Notes under the pieces: generated by a model | Seen by the model: the letters and a program-made list of their open reading frames with translations, nothing else | Databases searched by the model: none | What the model was told of the DNA's origin: nothing | Position numbers and translations under genes: made by a program | Origin: Macrostomum lignano | Taxonomy: Eukaryota | Assembly: GCA_002269645.1 (NCBI GenBank) | Contig: NIVC01001385.1 | Coordinates: 124,001 to 188,000 of the forward strand | Reading direction: 5' to 3' | Length of the DNA stretch: 64,000 nt | Shown here: in pieces, positions 10,797 to 22,808 of the stretch | Position numbering within the stretch: the stretch's first letter is position 1 | Layout: each line of letters begins with the position of its first letter

Positions 10797-11634
10797 CCTC
10801 TTGCTGATTTTTCCTATTTAAACACTTAGCTTTCTTCTGGCTTTCCTTATTTGTAACTTCTACTATCTCAGCGCTCTTCTGGCTTCCCTTATCTATTGGC
10901 TCTTTCACAGAGTTTGGCACTGGGGCCATGTATTAAGTTTTGGGTTATTGATTAACACTAAACTTCCTACTTCGATAACCTTTGGCTTCTTCTGATTCTC
11001 AGCGTCTATCTGTCTCTTGTCATGCACTTTCGCAAACTTCTCCTTAACTATTTTTCTGGCACTCTCTAATCTTTCTGCATGCTCGGCTACATAAGTCGGA
11101 TAATTAGCATATTGACTTGGCTCTCTAAGTTCGCTGTCTATGGGCAAAACTGCCTCTCTACCAAACAATAATAAATGCGGCGAAAAGCCTGTGGTTTGAT
11201 TAACGCTAGTCCTAACTGCGACTAAGGCGGCTGGAATTAATAAATCCCAATTGCTGTGATCTTTTTCCATCAGGCATGTGATTATTAATTTGACCTGTTT
11301 GTTAAATCTTTCGACTAAACCATTGATCTGAGCGTGATAAGGAGTTGTGAAAGTATGCTTCACATTGTAAAACTCACAGAATGCACTAAATTGTTTGCTA
11401 GTGAATGCTTTGCCATTATCTGTATGGATCCAATGACATTGGCCACATTCACTAAAAACTCTTTCTTGCAATAGCTTAATGATTGTATCAGCTTTTTGAT
11501 TGCGCATTGGAAATGCAAATGGATAGCGAGTATTGCTGTCTACTATTGTTAACACATATTGATGACCTCTTTTGCTAATCTTAGAAATTGTCCCTACTAC
11601 GTCCATGTGTAATCGGTGAAATGGCTCACTAATT
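10797..11634 (-). mobile_element. Gypsy-type (or Ginger-related) DDE integrase core, 5' end replaced by another insertion
   Basis: ORF 11606-10905 and upstream codons: EPFHRLHMDVVG, LTIVDSNTRY, IHTDNGKAFTS, TPYHAQINGLVERFN, TGFSPHLLLFGRE. Confidence 0.9.
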
Positions 11635-11800
11635 CCCTGTGAAAAATGGAAGCTCGGACCGATATCGGTACAAGATGCAGGTCCGCTGTCGGTTGCGTGA
11701 CGGTCGGTTTAAGTTTGGACCGCTGTCGGTAACCGATTGCATTGCCGAGGCCAGACCGCGCTATAACAGACGATCAAAATACTAATATGTATTGTGCTTT
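11635..11800. mobile_element. Probable terminus of another EnSpm-like element; the other end was not found
   Basis: The integrase frame stops abruptly at CCCTGTGAAAAATGG, which is followed by clustered ACCGA/TCGGT/GACCG motifs resembling subterminal repeats. Confidence 0.45.
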
Positions 11801-12496
11801 ATACACTACTAGTAGTAAAGCGCATGGATTGGTACAGTATTGTTCAATGCACCAGCCAGCATCATTTTACTGTAAAATATCATTCAAGGACTACTTAACA
11901 ACTGTTGTTAAGTAGTCCTTGATATCATTATCTTAGCTATTCGAACTTTGATCAAAAAAACATATATAGAAACACAAGCACGTTATACGGTATATAGATT
12001 AGTCCGAGATTCAGGCAAAGGTAAGCTGTTTATTTTTCATTGTAACATTTTTGTTTGACGATTCGATCCGCTTCAGAAAAGAGAATATGAAAATACATGT
12101 AGAATAAACAATTAATATTTTAAACATTTAAGCCTGACCTCCGAACAGGGGAAAAAAATTTCAGTATTAGAAGGTACAGTGGGAGTAAAATGTACAAGAA
12201 CAATGCAGATGGAAAACTTTATATACTTTATGCGTATATATTTATCGTAAAATGTCCTAACACACCACTGTAAAACAACAATAAAAGCAAACATCGAGAA
12301 ATATAAAATGGGTTTCGTATATTTCTACTAACAGTAGAAATTTTGATGCATCAGGTGGTTTCTCATTGGACACCCAATAACTACCTTGTACTCTCCCAAA
12401 ACTTCAAAGTTTTTCACAGTTCTGAGTGAAAACAAATAAAAATTTTAGGTTAATAAGCTTTGCCAACAATAAACTGATCGACAGCTACACTAATAT

Positions 12497-12640
12497 TGGT
12501 GACGCAGCCAGGAATTTATTTCGGGAGGCCCAGCCCATTCAGCAACCGGAGGAGGGATTTTTTCTCCGGAATTTCAAGGAAGGGGGTGATTTCTTCGGCG
12601 ATTTTTTTGTGGGGGGGGTAAATTTCGGGGGGGGCATAAA
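12497..12640. mobile_element. Degenerate end of a hAT-type MITE
   Basis: TGGTGACGCAGCCAGGAATTT followed by G-runs, similar to the CAGGGGCGTAGCCAGG terminus of the hAT element at 60672. Confidence 0.3.
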
Positions 12641-13269
12641 ATATGTAATCTATACCATAAATCTGTTTTACGCTTACATCAAAGATCACCGCAATAAATT
12701 GTAATGCGTTTACAGTCAGTAAACAAGTAACTGCAGCACTTAATAACCACCGTTTCAAGTGCAGTAACGTGAACATAATGATATGGCATGCACAACTGCA
12801 ACTACAATAATATGTAAACTGTATCTTACGCTCGTATTATAGCAGTATACTGAATCGGTGAGCCATACGCACGTACAAGATTACGAGTGCAGTCTGTTAT
12901 TCTGGAATTTAGCTGCACGCAGCCTATTAGCCTTGGTTTCGAGTATAAATTTAAATAGTAGGAAAGTTTGACTTAAATGTGAGAAGCATTTCTAATTTAT
13001 ACGAGCATCACTGAATATGAACATTGAATAAAGATTGCAACTCGTTATTGCAAGAAAAGCAATAATTAATAACGCACAATAAATATCGCACATATCTAAC
13101 AGACAGACAGTACAACACAGATTGAGTCAGATTCCCTTTTGGGCATCAAATCCACTTTCTAACTTATGTATACTAATTTTGCTTTACAAACAACGAAGTA
13201 ATCCATAGTTTCTTGGCTCCACAATTATTTTTATTGAAAGGTCAAATAAAAAATGCAATAAAAAGCCTT

Positions 13270-13812
13270 ACCTCTAGAAATTCGGCAAACTCCAGAAGAA
13301 ATTGCAGCTTCCAGTCAAGCGAAGAGCGCACAGGATCCTGGCTGATGTCACGTTTCGCTTTCCCTTTGAATGGAGTCCTGACGTTCAAAATATGCCAGAG
13401 CTTCAGCACAAGGCTGATGAAATCTGCAGTGGCCTGCCAGATCTTGCCTTCATGCTCTGTGTAGTACCGCAGCGCATTTAGAGTGCTCTCATCGAAGACC
13501 ACCGCTGCCAGCTTCACCGAAGTTTTCTCAATGCTCTTTGGATTAAGCACGGCAGGGCTGAGCTTGTGCGCTAGCTTCAATGGCTTGGTTGCTTCCAGCT
13601 CGTAGAGCCGAACAATGTGTCCAAAGTGAGCCTCAGACACTTTTGGCCGAATTGGAAAGGCAGGAAACCGAAATTCTCCTCGGATTTGAAAGTTAATGTA
13701 GATGTTCTTCAAATTGTGCACTGGATCGAACAGCACAAAAACAGGCTGTCCAGTTACTTCATCCATGAAGCAAGGGTTGAAGTCGTTGCCGCACAGGCCT
13801 CTGACCCTAGTC
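13270..13812 (-). pseudogene. P-element (THAP9-like) transposase exon fragment
   Basis: LFDPVHNLKNIY, LKLAHKLS..LNPKSIEKTSVKLAAVVFDESTLNAL and TADFISLVLKLWHILNV..KGKAKRD. It ends at a GTAAGG donor near 13270. Confidence 0.85.
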
Positions 13813-14089
13813 CAAGGTCTATCGTTAAAATCACGTTAAAAAAACGTTACCTGAATAACGAATTTTCGTTAGGTTTACGTAAGGCTTTAACGTTAGTCTT
13901 TCCGTTAGTTCGGTCGTTAAGCTAATGTTAGTTTTTCGTTAGCTATTTAACGTTACTGCATTCCTGAAAACTAACTAAAAATCTAACGTAATTTTATCGT
14001 CCTCTGATGGTAGTATGGTAGATGAAATTGGAATACTGAATGGATAGCTTACCCATTTCTGAAAAATGTTGGAAACCCTATCTTGTCCC

Positions 14090-14643
14090 AGTGATGTGAT
14101 CTACATGTGACGAATGACGAATTTACTCTGCTACAATCTCTTGCAGCAGAGTAAAAATAGAGGATGTTAAGTTGCACACATAGAGTGCATGAAATCAAGA
14201 GATTACAGTGCATGGCGGAAAAAATCGACCAACTCTTACTATTTCCCGCTTCTGTTCAGCCGTTGCAGTTTCCTTAAGCGCCATGTACTGCTCGACAGAG
14301 CTCAAGGGAAGCGAAACGGAGATGGCAGTTTCGGGTCTTGGCTGCCCAGCAGGTCCTCGCGATGAGTCAGATTGTTGGATGCTCTCCAGAATTCTCTCCA
14401 TCATGGCCTTCATCTCCGAGTTCATTCGTGCCAGTTGGTACTCCGTCACTAGGCTGAGCATCGAGAGTCCTAAGACGGAAATAATTTAATGTATTTAGAA
14501 ATTTAACTTCCCTGCGGGACTCCTGTCCCGTATCTGTGTGAGGGCACGGGGGCCCCGCAGGGAGGAAGTTGGGTTTTACGTGCAGGAGTCAATGCGAAGT
14601 CCCGGTGGCCGGTGCCAGGTTCCTCACACCCACCCTCTTTCTT

Positions 14644-14688
<45 letters not shown>

Positions 14689-16960
14689 GAAGGAGTGGAG
14701 AAGAACAAGTTGGATTGGTTTTATTGCAATTCTTATTATTCACATTATGTATTTGCGGTTTGGAGCAAGTCCATGGACAGAAACAGTTTTTAATTTTCAG
14801 CTCTCACCTTCAATCGAATTTGCCGTAAGCCCATGAGGAGCCAGCAGTTTTTCGGCGTTTTGCTTGAGCTCGGTAATCGACAGTTGGAAGCGCCCATTCG
14901 ATGGACGAACGGCTAAAATACGTGGATAATAACTCACAGATTGTTGGGGAGCCTTAGGTTGCACTATACCTCAAAGCCTTGTCATTCTGACAAACAGTAT
15001 AAAAACTCACTGTGGATGCTGTAACTGGGTTGCTGCTGGCTCTCTCAGGTTGCTGGCGGAGAGGTGTAGTCGACACGCTGTGCACATGGAATGACTCTAA
15101 GCCTTCATGATCACTGTTTTCTTCCGCTTGCAGCTGCAGCGCAGGCTCAGGTATCTGTCTAAAGATGCTCCGGCTGCCCGTGACCTTAAATAAAAATGTG
15201 TAATTTCATGCTTCCAGCTTCGAAATAGTTTTTTCGCTAGGAATATAAGAAAATGACGACGGCGAATTCTTTTCAATGCGTCTGCGTAGTAGTGTGATTT
15301 ACCTCATCCAAGAAATCTCCGGCATCCTCCGCATTGCTGTCGCTGTCCTCAGACGACGGTAGGCAAAACTGGTTTCCTGGTGGCTGCCTGAGGCATCCAA
15401 ATCGCGAAGCGCCAGCTACAAACTGGGGCTGTCGCGATTTTTTTCGTTGAGCTTCCCGAGCAACAATCAGGGATTTGAGCTCGCTAGCAAGTAGCGGGCA
15501 GCTTGTAGCTGGAAATGGTAATGTACATTTAAAAAAATAAACATTATGCATACATTTATTTTCTAGGTTTAGGATTAGGAGGCTAAAGAGAAAATGTCTA
15601 ATAAAAGCTTACACTTTTTTAAACATTTCGCCTCGTACGTTTTATCGTCCAAGAGAACAGCCACAGTGCTTCCTGAAAAGTAAATAGGGTAAAAAATAAT
15701 TAGCAACAGCTTCAAAATAGTAAAATAAATAGATAATATTTATGGTTTCAGCGGCTAGCAGCTACTTTTTTCCTTTTATGGACTCGATTTAAGTGTTTTG
15801 TATACCAGTTAATTACATTTTAATTACGTTGAATAAATCTTATTCCTATTTGTCACGTTATTGGCGTGGTGACTACAACCTTTAAAAGGGCCGTTTTGAC
15901 AAGAATTGTCGCTAAGTCGTTGTAGTCCAAAAGAAATTGCGAAGTCAATTCTTGCGAAGCGGATTGTGTAGCGGAGCACTTGGCGTATAAAGGCTAATCC
16001 TAATTTATTATGTATAAGGTAAGCTAATTTATTATGGTTGTTAATATGATAATTGATTAATGTCAATACAAAACTTTTAGCGTTCTGGGGCACTGGCGGC
16101 TGCAACAATGGTTTTGAATGTAATTGGAATTATGAAGTCAGGTAGTTGACGAAAGATGCAGTGGCGACGCAACGTGGTAAGTGATGGCGGTGAGCACAGT
16201 GATGGCAGTGAGTAGCAAGTAGACAGGCAGACAAGTAGTGGCGAGATTGGGCGCTAGCCCGTGGCAGTACACGGTGGAGTAAGAGTGCGTAAACAGGCTG
16301 GCCCAGACAGAGGAGGCCGTGGCGAGAGATAAGGAGAGAGAAGGAAAGGAAGGCACGCCAGAACAGAAGGAAGGAGACGAAGGACAAGAAAGTGAAAAAA
16401 ACCCCAGCCCGCCGCCAGGCGGGGTTAATAAAGGAGCGCAGGAGGGTTAACATAATATATGCGGAGAGTTATCATTGGCTGGCGCGGGAAAAACAAGAAA
16501 CAGAAATAATCGATTGCGCGGGACCCTACAGCCGTACGCAAAGCTTACAAAGTACGCAATGATTTAGCAATTGATACAGATTAGTTGCGCGCTACTACAA
16601 GTAAACGTGAGAATACACAATTGGAAATTTTAAATGAGAAATTGTAAGGAAAATTGTAGTCCAACGGCCCTTTTGCAAGACCACTTTAAACTGGCAACGT
16701 CACACTATTAATCTGCCTTAAAAAGCCAGACATCAAAGTCTGTTTCTACTGCAGCTCAGATGCCCTTTAGCTAATTAAACACCATCTAAGCTCGCATGAC
16801 CATTCAATCCAAGAGTGTTCGAGCACTGCCTTTATCTGCTAACAGTATGGTAACACAGTAAAAAGGCTTACCAGCCTCAACTTCGCTCTCGCACTCCGGA
16901 AAAAGGACTTTCGACCACTCTGCAATTCGCAGTTTCTTGTCTTCCACGTACTCAACAAGA
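14090..16960 (-). pseudogene. EnSpm-C accessory ORF2 remnants (DUF4806-type), several small exons
   Basis: Minus-strand segments LVEYVEDKKLRIAEW (donor GTAAGC near 16868), SEDSDS-rich 15551-15273, an exon at about 15184-15010, and MKAMMERILESIQ..LPLSSVEQY (about 14470-14240, donor GTAAGA). The layout parallels ORF2 of element B. Confidence 0.4.
14644..14682. repeat. (GA)n microsatellite
   Basis: Direct reading of the sequence. Confidence 0.95.
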
Positions 16961-17022
16961 AGCAGCACTTCCGTTCTCCAGTCCCTACGCCGAGGTCTAG
17001 ACAGTGCAGACTTAGCAGTCGT

Positions 17023-19046
17023 TCAGCCGTTTACCTTAGAGTTCGCAAAAGGGACTACGGCAAATGAATTGGCCTTGTGCAGGATCATGATGCACTTGGT
17101 TCCCGGCGTACGTTGCTTAATTAACGTTTTTGTTAGCTGATAATTACCAATTTTAAAGTAGTCAAATGAATTGAGCGGATGGTTGTAAGTAGATCCCACG
17201 CATCGCATCAGATTGCCGGAGATTTTCCCATCTGAATGAATTTCAGTGATACAAAGTATGTCTCCATTATCTAGCATGGCGCAGTTGTCAGGCGCAGCTG
17301 CACTAAAATACAGTTCCATGCATCGACCTTCACCCAGCAAGTCAATCAATGAATTCATGTTCGACAAAGTCTGCTGAAACATCCCACTTGTGCACTTTAG
17401 CCTCCTTTTTAGAACTCCAAGGTAATTTTCGAAGGAAAAAGCTGACCAGCTATCTAGAAAGCTATACATTTTAACGAACTCGGGGATGTGCCGAAGAATG
17501 TGAGTGTTATATGATGACAGCTTTTTCTGATACAGGCCTCCTACTTGGGAGCAGAACTTTTCTAAGCACTCTTGAGCAATGCTGAAATATTTGTTGCAGT
17601 AGATTGGTGAAGAAAATGAATAGATTGAGAAGTGCAGCAGCAAGAAGTTTTTGTAGTAACCGTCAAGAAGAATCCCATCGAACAACAGTGGGCCAAGATA
17701 TACTATTATAGTCCGGAATTCGCTAGCCTTGTAATGAACATATTCCTCAACGGGTCGCAGTTACCTTGAGAATTCTCGGGGCAGAAATTTGCGGCAGTGG
17801 TTAATTCTGCTAGAAATTAACTGCTTTTGTTAAAAAGAAAGCCGACAAGGAAGCCTGAAGGTGTTTTTTGTTTTTATAAATAGTTCTAGCATTTTTTCAC
17901 CACTCCCAGACAAACACTGTGCATATAGTCAGGAGCAAAATCATTCCTCAAATCTACTATTGATGCTAATGGTGACAGAGACAACTGGTTGGTTTCCAAA
18001 AATTCCTGGTAAGACGCGCCACTGCGCCTAAGCTCTACAAGTTCCCCATGGTTGCAATACGGCCAGTACAAACGATCCACATTAAACTCCGCTCTTAGTT
18101 TGCAGTAACTGCATCCGTCCTTTGCGCTGTGTCCTTTGATTGACTGAAGAAATGCACGAGCAGGGGCGTCAGCTATGAACAAGACGTGTTTCACAGTCAC
18201 TAGGCCTTCTTCAATAAATGCGAATGTTGATTTCAACTCATTCAGCTCCACAACTAAATTTTCTATAAATCCTTCCAGATTTGCTTCCCGATCCCACAGA
18301 ACACTCCCAGAGGTATCGGGGTTGGGAAAGTTGATTCCTTGATTCGCATTAAAATTGTCCACAATCCAACGCTTGAGGATTTAAACAGGGGCAACCCATC
18401 GACGTTAATTTGGAGGCTGATACTGTTGTAAAGTTCCTTCAGAGGTAGAAATCCTTTCCTAACGGAAACGGAAAATTCATTCTTAATGGAATTATAGGCA
18501 AACTTCCCACTCCCAATGTCGAACACTGAAAAAGCAGAAGGGCGCATGTTCTTCCTCAACTGATAGACGGTGCGAGGTGCATCTTTTACGTCGTGACGGC
18601 TCAGCAGATCCAGAAGGTGCTGCATGCCCCTGTGCGAAATTTTAAAGATGAGCATGAAGAGCAGCAGATCCTCCTCGAAGGTCAGTTTTAAATCTGGTTG
18701 GCTAAGACTGGGGAAAAGCTTCTCATCGAATTTCATGGATTCTGTTCGACTTTCTTCATCTTGTCGACAGTGAGTTGAGATGTTATGCAAAATTTCCTGC
18801 ATTCCTGGACCCATCTGGGCACACCAGTCTTCCAAAGTCTCCTCGGACTCCTTTTCTTCATGCGGATCAGCTCCTGAATTGCGCTCTGTCACCAACGCAC
18901 TGACTCTCTGGCTCAGGGACCTCTTGAGCGTGAGCCTGCGTGACAGAAACTTGAGCAGTCTCACAGCTGGCAGTGGCACCCAGCTCCTCCATTAGTGTTT
19001 GCAGTTCCCTGTGAGCCTTGCTGTGAATGGAGTTCCTCGAACTCAT
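17023..19046 (-). pseudogene. EnSpm-C transposase with several frameshifts and stops
   Basis: ATG at 19046 (MSSRNSIHSKAHREL) follows an acceptor. Motifs LQINVDGLPLFKSS, FIADAPARAF..KGHSAKDGCSYC, PDYMHSVCLGVV, YKASEFR, HILRHIPEFVKMY and WSAFSFENYLG. Confidence 0.88.
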
Positions 19047-19686
19047 TTTACCTGATTACAGAAGAAATATGTTTTTGTTTCAGATCTCAAACCATACAGT
19101 CAAACTTTATTATACGCTAACGCTGAGTTACTCCTAATTTAAAAAAATGATTTTTGCCTCTAGGGGCTAAAAAATTAAATGCAACATAAACTTACCCAGG
19201 CACGAAGGATCCCACATAACCAAAAGCCTCGCGGAAAGACCGCGTCGACATCGCCTGGCGACTCGCGAAATTGTCGCGGGGCGACCGCCCAATTATCGCC
19301 AAAGTGTCGACTTTGTCCGCCTGTGCGATATCGCTGCGGATCGCCCCGCGATATCGCCTGGCGAGTCTGTCGTAGTTACAGCGATGCACTCGTACACTTT
19401 ACCGCTCTTTCAAAGGATAAAATTTTGTTACGAAAAAAACTAAGACTGAAGCTGAAGACACAAAAACAATTTCACAGTTCTATATAGAGGATGTCAAAAA
19501 CCAAGTGACCTCCTCGTCCTCAATAACAGATGTAATTTCCTATAATCCTTTATTTTGGATTAAGACGTTCAGGGGTATTAAAACGGTAAAAAGGTGTAAC
19601 ATTGTTGTGTAATGTAAGATGGAAAAGACGGTCACATTAATTCAATTACTAAAGCACTTACTAAAGGCAAGTCAAATTCAAAGTAA

Positions 19687-20083
19687 CACGGTAGCCCCGC
19701 CATTGCGGGAGAAAAATTCCCTGGGTTTCCCTGGACATTCAAGGACTTTCATTCTAAGGATTTTCCAGGATATCTCCCTTCGATTTTTGAGGCGCCCACC
19801 CCTGAATTCTTCAGGCACCCTTTAACTTTTACAATTTTCCTGGTGCCCTTCAATTTTTGAGGCACACTCCTGAATTCTTGAGGTGCACTTCATTTTTAGG
19901 CACCCTTGCAATTTTTCAAGCGCCCTTCAATTTCTGAACTTTAAGTATTTTATTTTACTTCTATCTACATGTCCCCATTGCTAAAATTAATATGATCTAA
20001 TAGAAAATTTCAACTGATAAAAATCAGCCCATGAGTAAAATTGCCGGGGATTTCCAGGATTTCAATGACGCAGGGCTACCCTG
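19687..20083. mobile_element. MITE-like insertion inside element B
   Basis: Imperfect TIR CACGGTAGCCCCGCCATTG / CAATGACGCAGGGCTACCCTG and internal GGCACCC/GGCGCCC repeats. No clear TSD. Confidence 0.5.
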
Positions 20084-20119
20084 AAAAAAGTCAAGTTAAA
20101 TTCAAATTACTGAAGAAAA

Positions 20120-22029
20120 CTACTTGACAGTCTTGCTATGACGCCTAAGTGGATCGTTGGCGTGCATCAAACAGTAGGCAACAGCATCATCAACCTACTT
20201 GTCGGTGACGTTTGAGCGGCCTAGGCGGAAGGCGCATATGACCACTTTGTAGAGCAGGCACTGCTTGAAGGAGCGCTTCGAACCCGTACCTGTGAAATTG
20301 AATGTTGCCATCACGTCGGGAGCAAGAACGTGCCTGAGCATCCGGCGGGCTGTCTCCCTGACATCTTTGCCACCGATGTGAGCCAACTGCCGTGCCTAGA
20401 AAAAATGTCAGTAAAGAAAAATCAACCATCATCAGAATAACCTAAGAATATAAAATAAATTTTGAAAACATTTTTAACGAGGTACTACCAAACGCATTTT
20501 CTTACCAGGAGTTTTTGGAGACCTTTGTCGCCAAGAAGCTCGAGAAGGTTATCCAGACCTTCTTGACTGCTTACGAGAAGGCTCATTGGCAGCTCTGGGA
20601 CCTCCCTCTGGCTGCTAAGCAGAAGAGAGATTGCTCGGGTATTGCTATCAGCAATCTCACGCAGTGCAGCCAATTCTCGCAGAACTCGAATCTCGAACCC
20701 TAAAAGTTTTGTCAACCCAATAATTTAACAGGTAAAAACAGACAGACACTGTATGGACAGCAAATAATTCACGTGCAATAAAACTCCATAAAAATTACAG
20801 GACTGTACATGTATATACAATGTGTTAAAACAACGGTGCAATTCATCATGAGGGTAAGGAACAGTGACTTACGAGAAAGGCCTTCACTGGACTCATGTCG
20901 GCCCTGGCCGGAATGCGCAGCGCCCGACGAAGGCGAGCGCACGGAGTCCGGGCGGCCCTCGCGCGAATGCGCAGCGCCCAACGAAGGCGAGCGCACAGAG
21001 TCCGGGCGGCCCTCGCGCGAATGCGCAGCGCCCAACGAAGGCGAGCGCACGGAGTCCGGGCGGCCCTCGCGCGAATGCGCAGCGCCCAACGAAGGCGAGT
21101 GCACGGAGTCCGGGCGGCCCTCGCGCGAATGCGCAGCGCCCAACGAAGGCGAGCGCACGGAGTCCGGGCGGCCCTCGCGCGAATGCGCAGCGCCCAACGA
21201 AGGCGAGCGCACGGAGTCCGGGCGGCCCTCGCGCGAATGCGCAGCGCCCAACGAAGGCGAGCGCACGGAGTCCTGTCGATCAGGATTGTCATCAAAACTG
21301 CTTGGAGTGCTTGACTCATCCTCCGTATTAATCGGAGAGCGTCGGGGAGAAATCTCATAGCCAGGACATTGTTGGCCTCCTGGAAATACTGGAAGAGCTT
21401 CCCTAGATGATTCCGAATCAAGTCGCGGGCGTTTTCGCTTTCCCTGCGCAGGATTTACTGGGGAGTCCGAATCCGATGAGCCATCACTTGAGTCACGTTG
21501 GCAACGTCGACGTGCAATCTGAGCTTCGCAGTCGATGAAGCGTGCTGGAGAGGCTTGACGACGAGGTGCCTCCGGATCTGTTGTGAGATCGTCTTGGCCA
21601 GCTTCGGCTCTTTTGCACCTCCGCCGCGCCGTTATTTCGGAGTCTGCAAATATGTGCACAAAGATTGTAAATTCATGAAGCTAACAATGGTGCAAGCCTC
21701 AAAGGCATTCACTTGAGGACGGGATCAGTCTGCTTCTTAAAAATGTACATACTGTTGCGAAAATCCTATTATGTCGCATTGATTTCCATTTTCATTTTGA
21801 GAGTTCGTCTTTTCACATCAAGGGTACATCAAACATGCAACATACCACACTTAGAAAGAACCGTCACATTGTGGGTCTCCCAGCCGTCCTGCGGTTTGGC
21901 CTGCGATCTTCTTAGAGTAGCAACTTGTGCTTCGCTTCCTTTTGGCCACCGGCATTCCATCAATCCACACATCCATGCTTCAGGGACATAGTCAACAAGA
22001 TTTTCGCCAAATGCCACGATGTAGAACAT
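20120..22029 (-). pseudogene. EnSpm-B accessory ORF2, four exons, DUF4806-like C-terminus, one premature stop
   Basis: Exons 22029-21846, 21643-20873, 20699-20506 and 20395-20120 have GT-AG sites in compatible phases (1,1,0). N-terminus MFYIVAF..VPEAW..CRWP; C-terminus LAHIGGKDVRETARRMLRHVL..FNFTGTGSKRSF. In-frame TAG at 20195-20197. Confidence 0.8.
20905..21272 (-). repeat. Coding 54-bp minisatellite (about 7 copies) encoding GRPDSVRSPSLGAAHSRE
   Basis: TCCGGGCGGCC recurs at 20947 and 21001 and onward, inside exon 2 of ORF2. Confidence 0.95.
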
Positions 22030-22808
22030 CTGAAGATACCAGTGAAATATTGTGATAGTTAAGTAACAACAACAGCTGCAGATAATTCTAACTCCATCAT
22101 TGCCTTACTATTTTTCTACTCATTAAATTGTCATTAAAATAACTGACTCAGTAGATCAATTGAACAAAAACTCTTCAAAGCCAAACTGACCTTTATGGCT
22201 TTATAATACGTAATTAATTACTTGTCATGTATTACAATGGTGAACATAATACTATAGTAAATTATGGCAAATTTACAACATACAAAAGTACAATTGTTGT
22301 CTTATTTATATCCTAAATAAATTCAGTTATACACTCAGCACCAATAAATAACAGATACCTCAATAGCTTAACCAGGTTGAATACAAGGGGCTGCTCACTA
22401 AAGTTATATTTTGAGAGGTTGGAAAATGATTGACTATGGGATTGGTGGGGTCCCCTGATCTTCCTTTCTATCTCATTTACTTCTTCAGTTGTATAAAGTC
22501 TGCACTCTGTAACCTGAGGATTAGGGGTTGCCAATTCATGAATGGAATTGTAGAAATTGTCACTACCTAGTAGGCCATCCATTTTATTAGTGCTGTTAGC
22601 AAAAAGTGGTACAACAAGTCATTAAATTTCCTTGTAAACTGGCAATAGGTATACAAATTGTAAAAAAGCTATATTGGCTACAACCTAAATTGCAACAAAC
22701 AATACAAACAAACTTTGGTTAGATTGTGTGAACAATTCCAACTGACACAATACATCAAGAAGATGCACCAGCCAATGTACTGGCAAAACAAACCTGTGTA
22801 CCAACTGT

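Larger units (their letters stand above)
13820..19210 (-). mobile_element. Decayed EnSpm/CACTA element C; it continues beyond element B from 26593, and its termini are unresolved
   Basis: Transposase at 19046-17023, followed by multi-exon ORF2 remnants. A dense CGTTA/TAACG motif block at 13820-13990 resembles a subterminal array. Confidence 0.6.

Noticed and set aside
16130-16460. Purine-rich stretch with overlapping ORFs as a gene or LTR
   Set aside because: Low complexity, no motifs, no TG..CA boundaries or TSD found.
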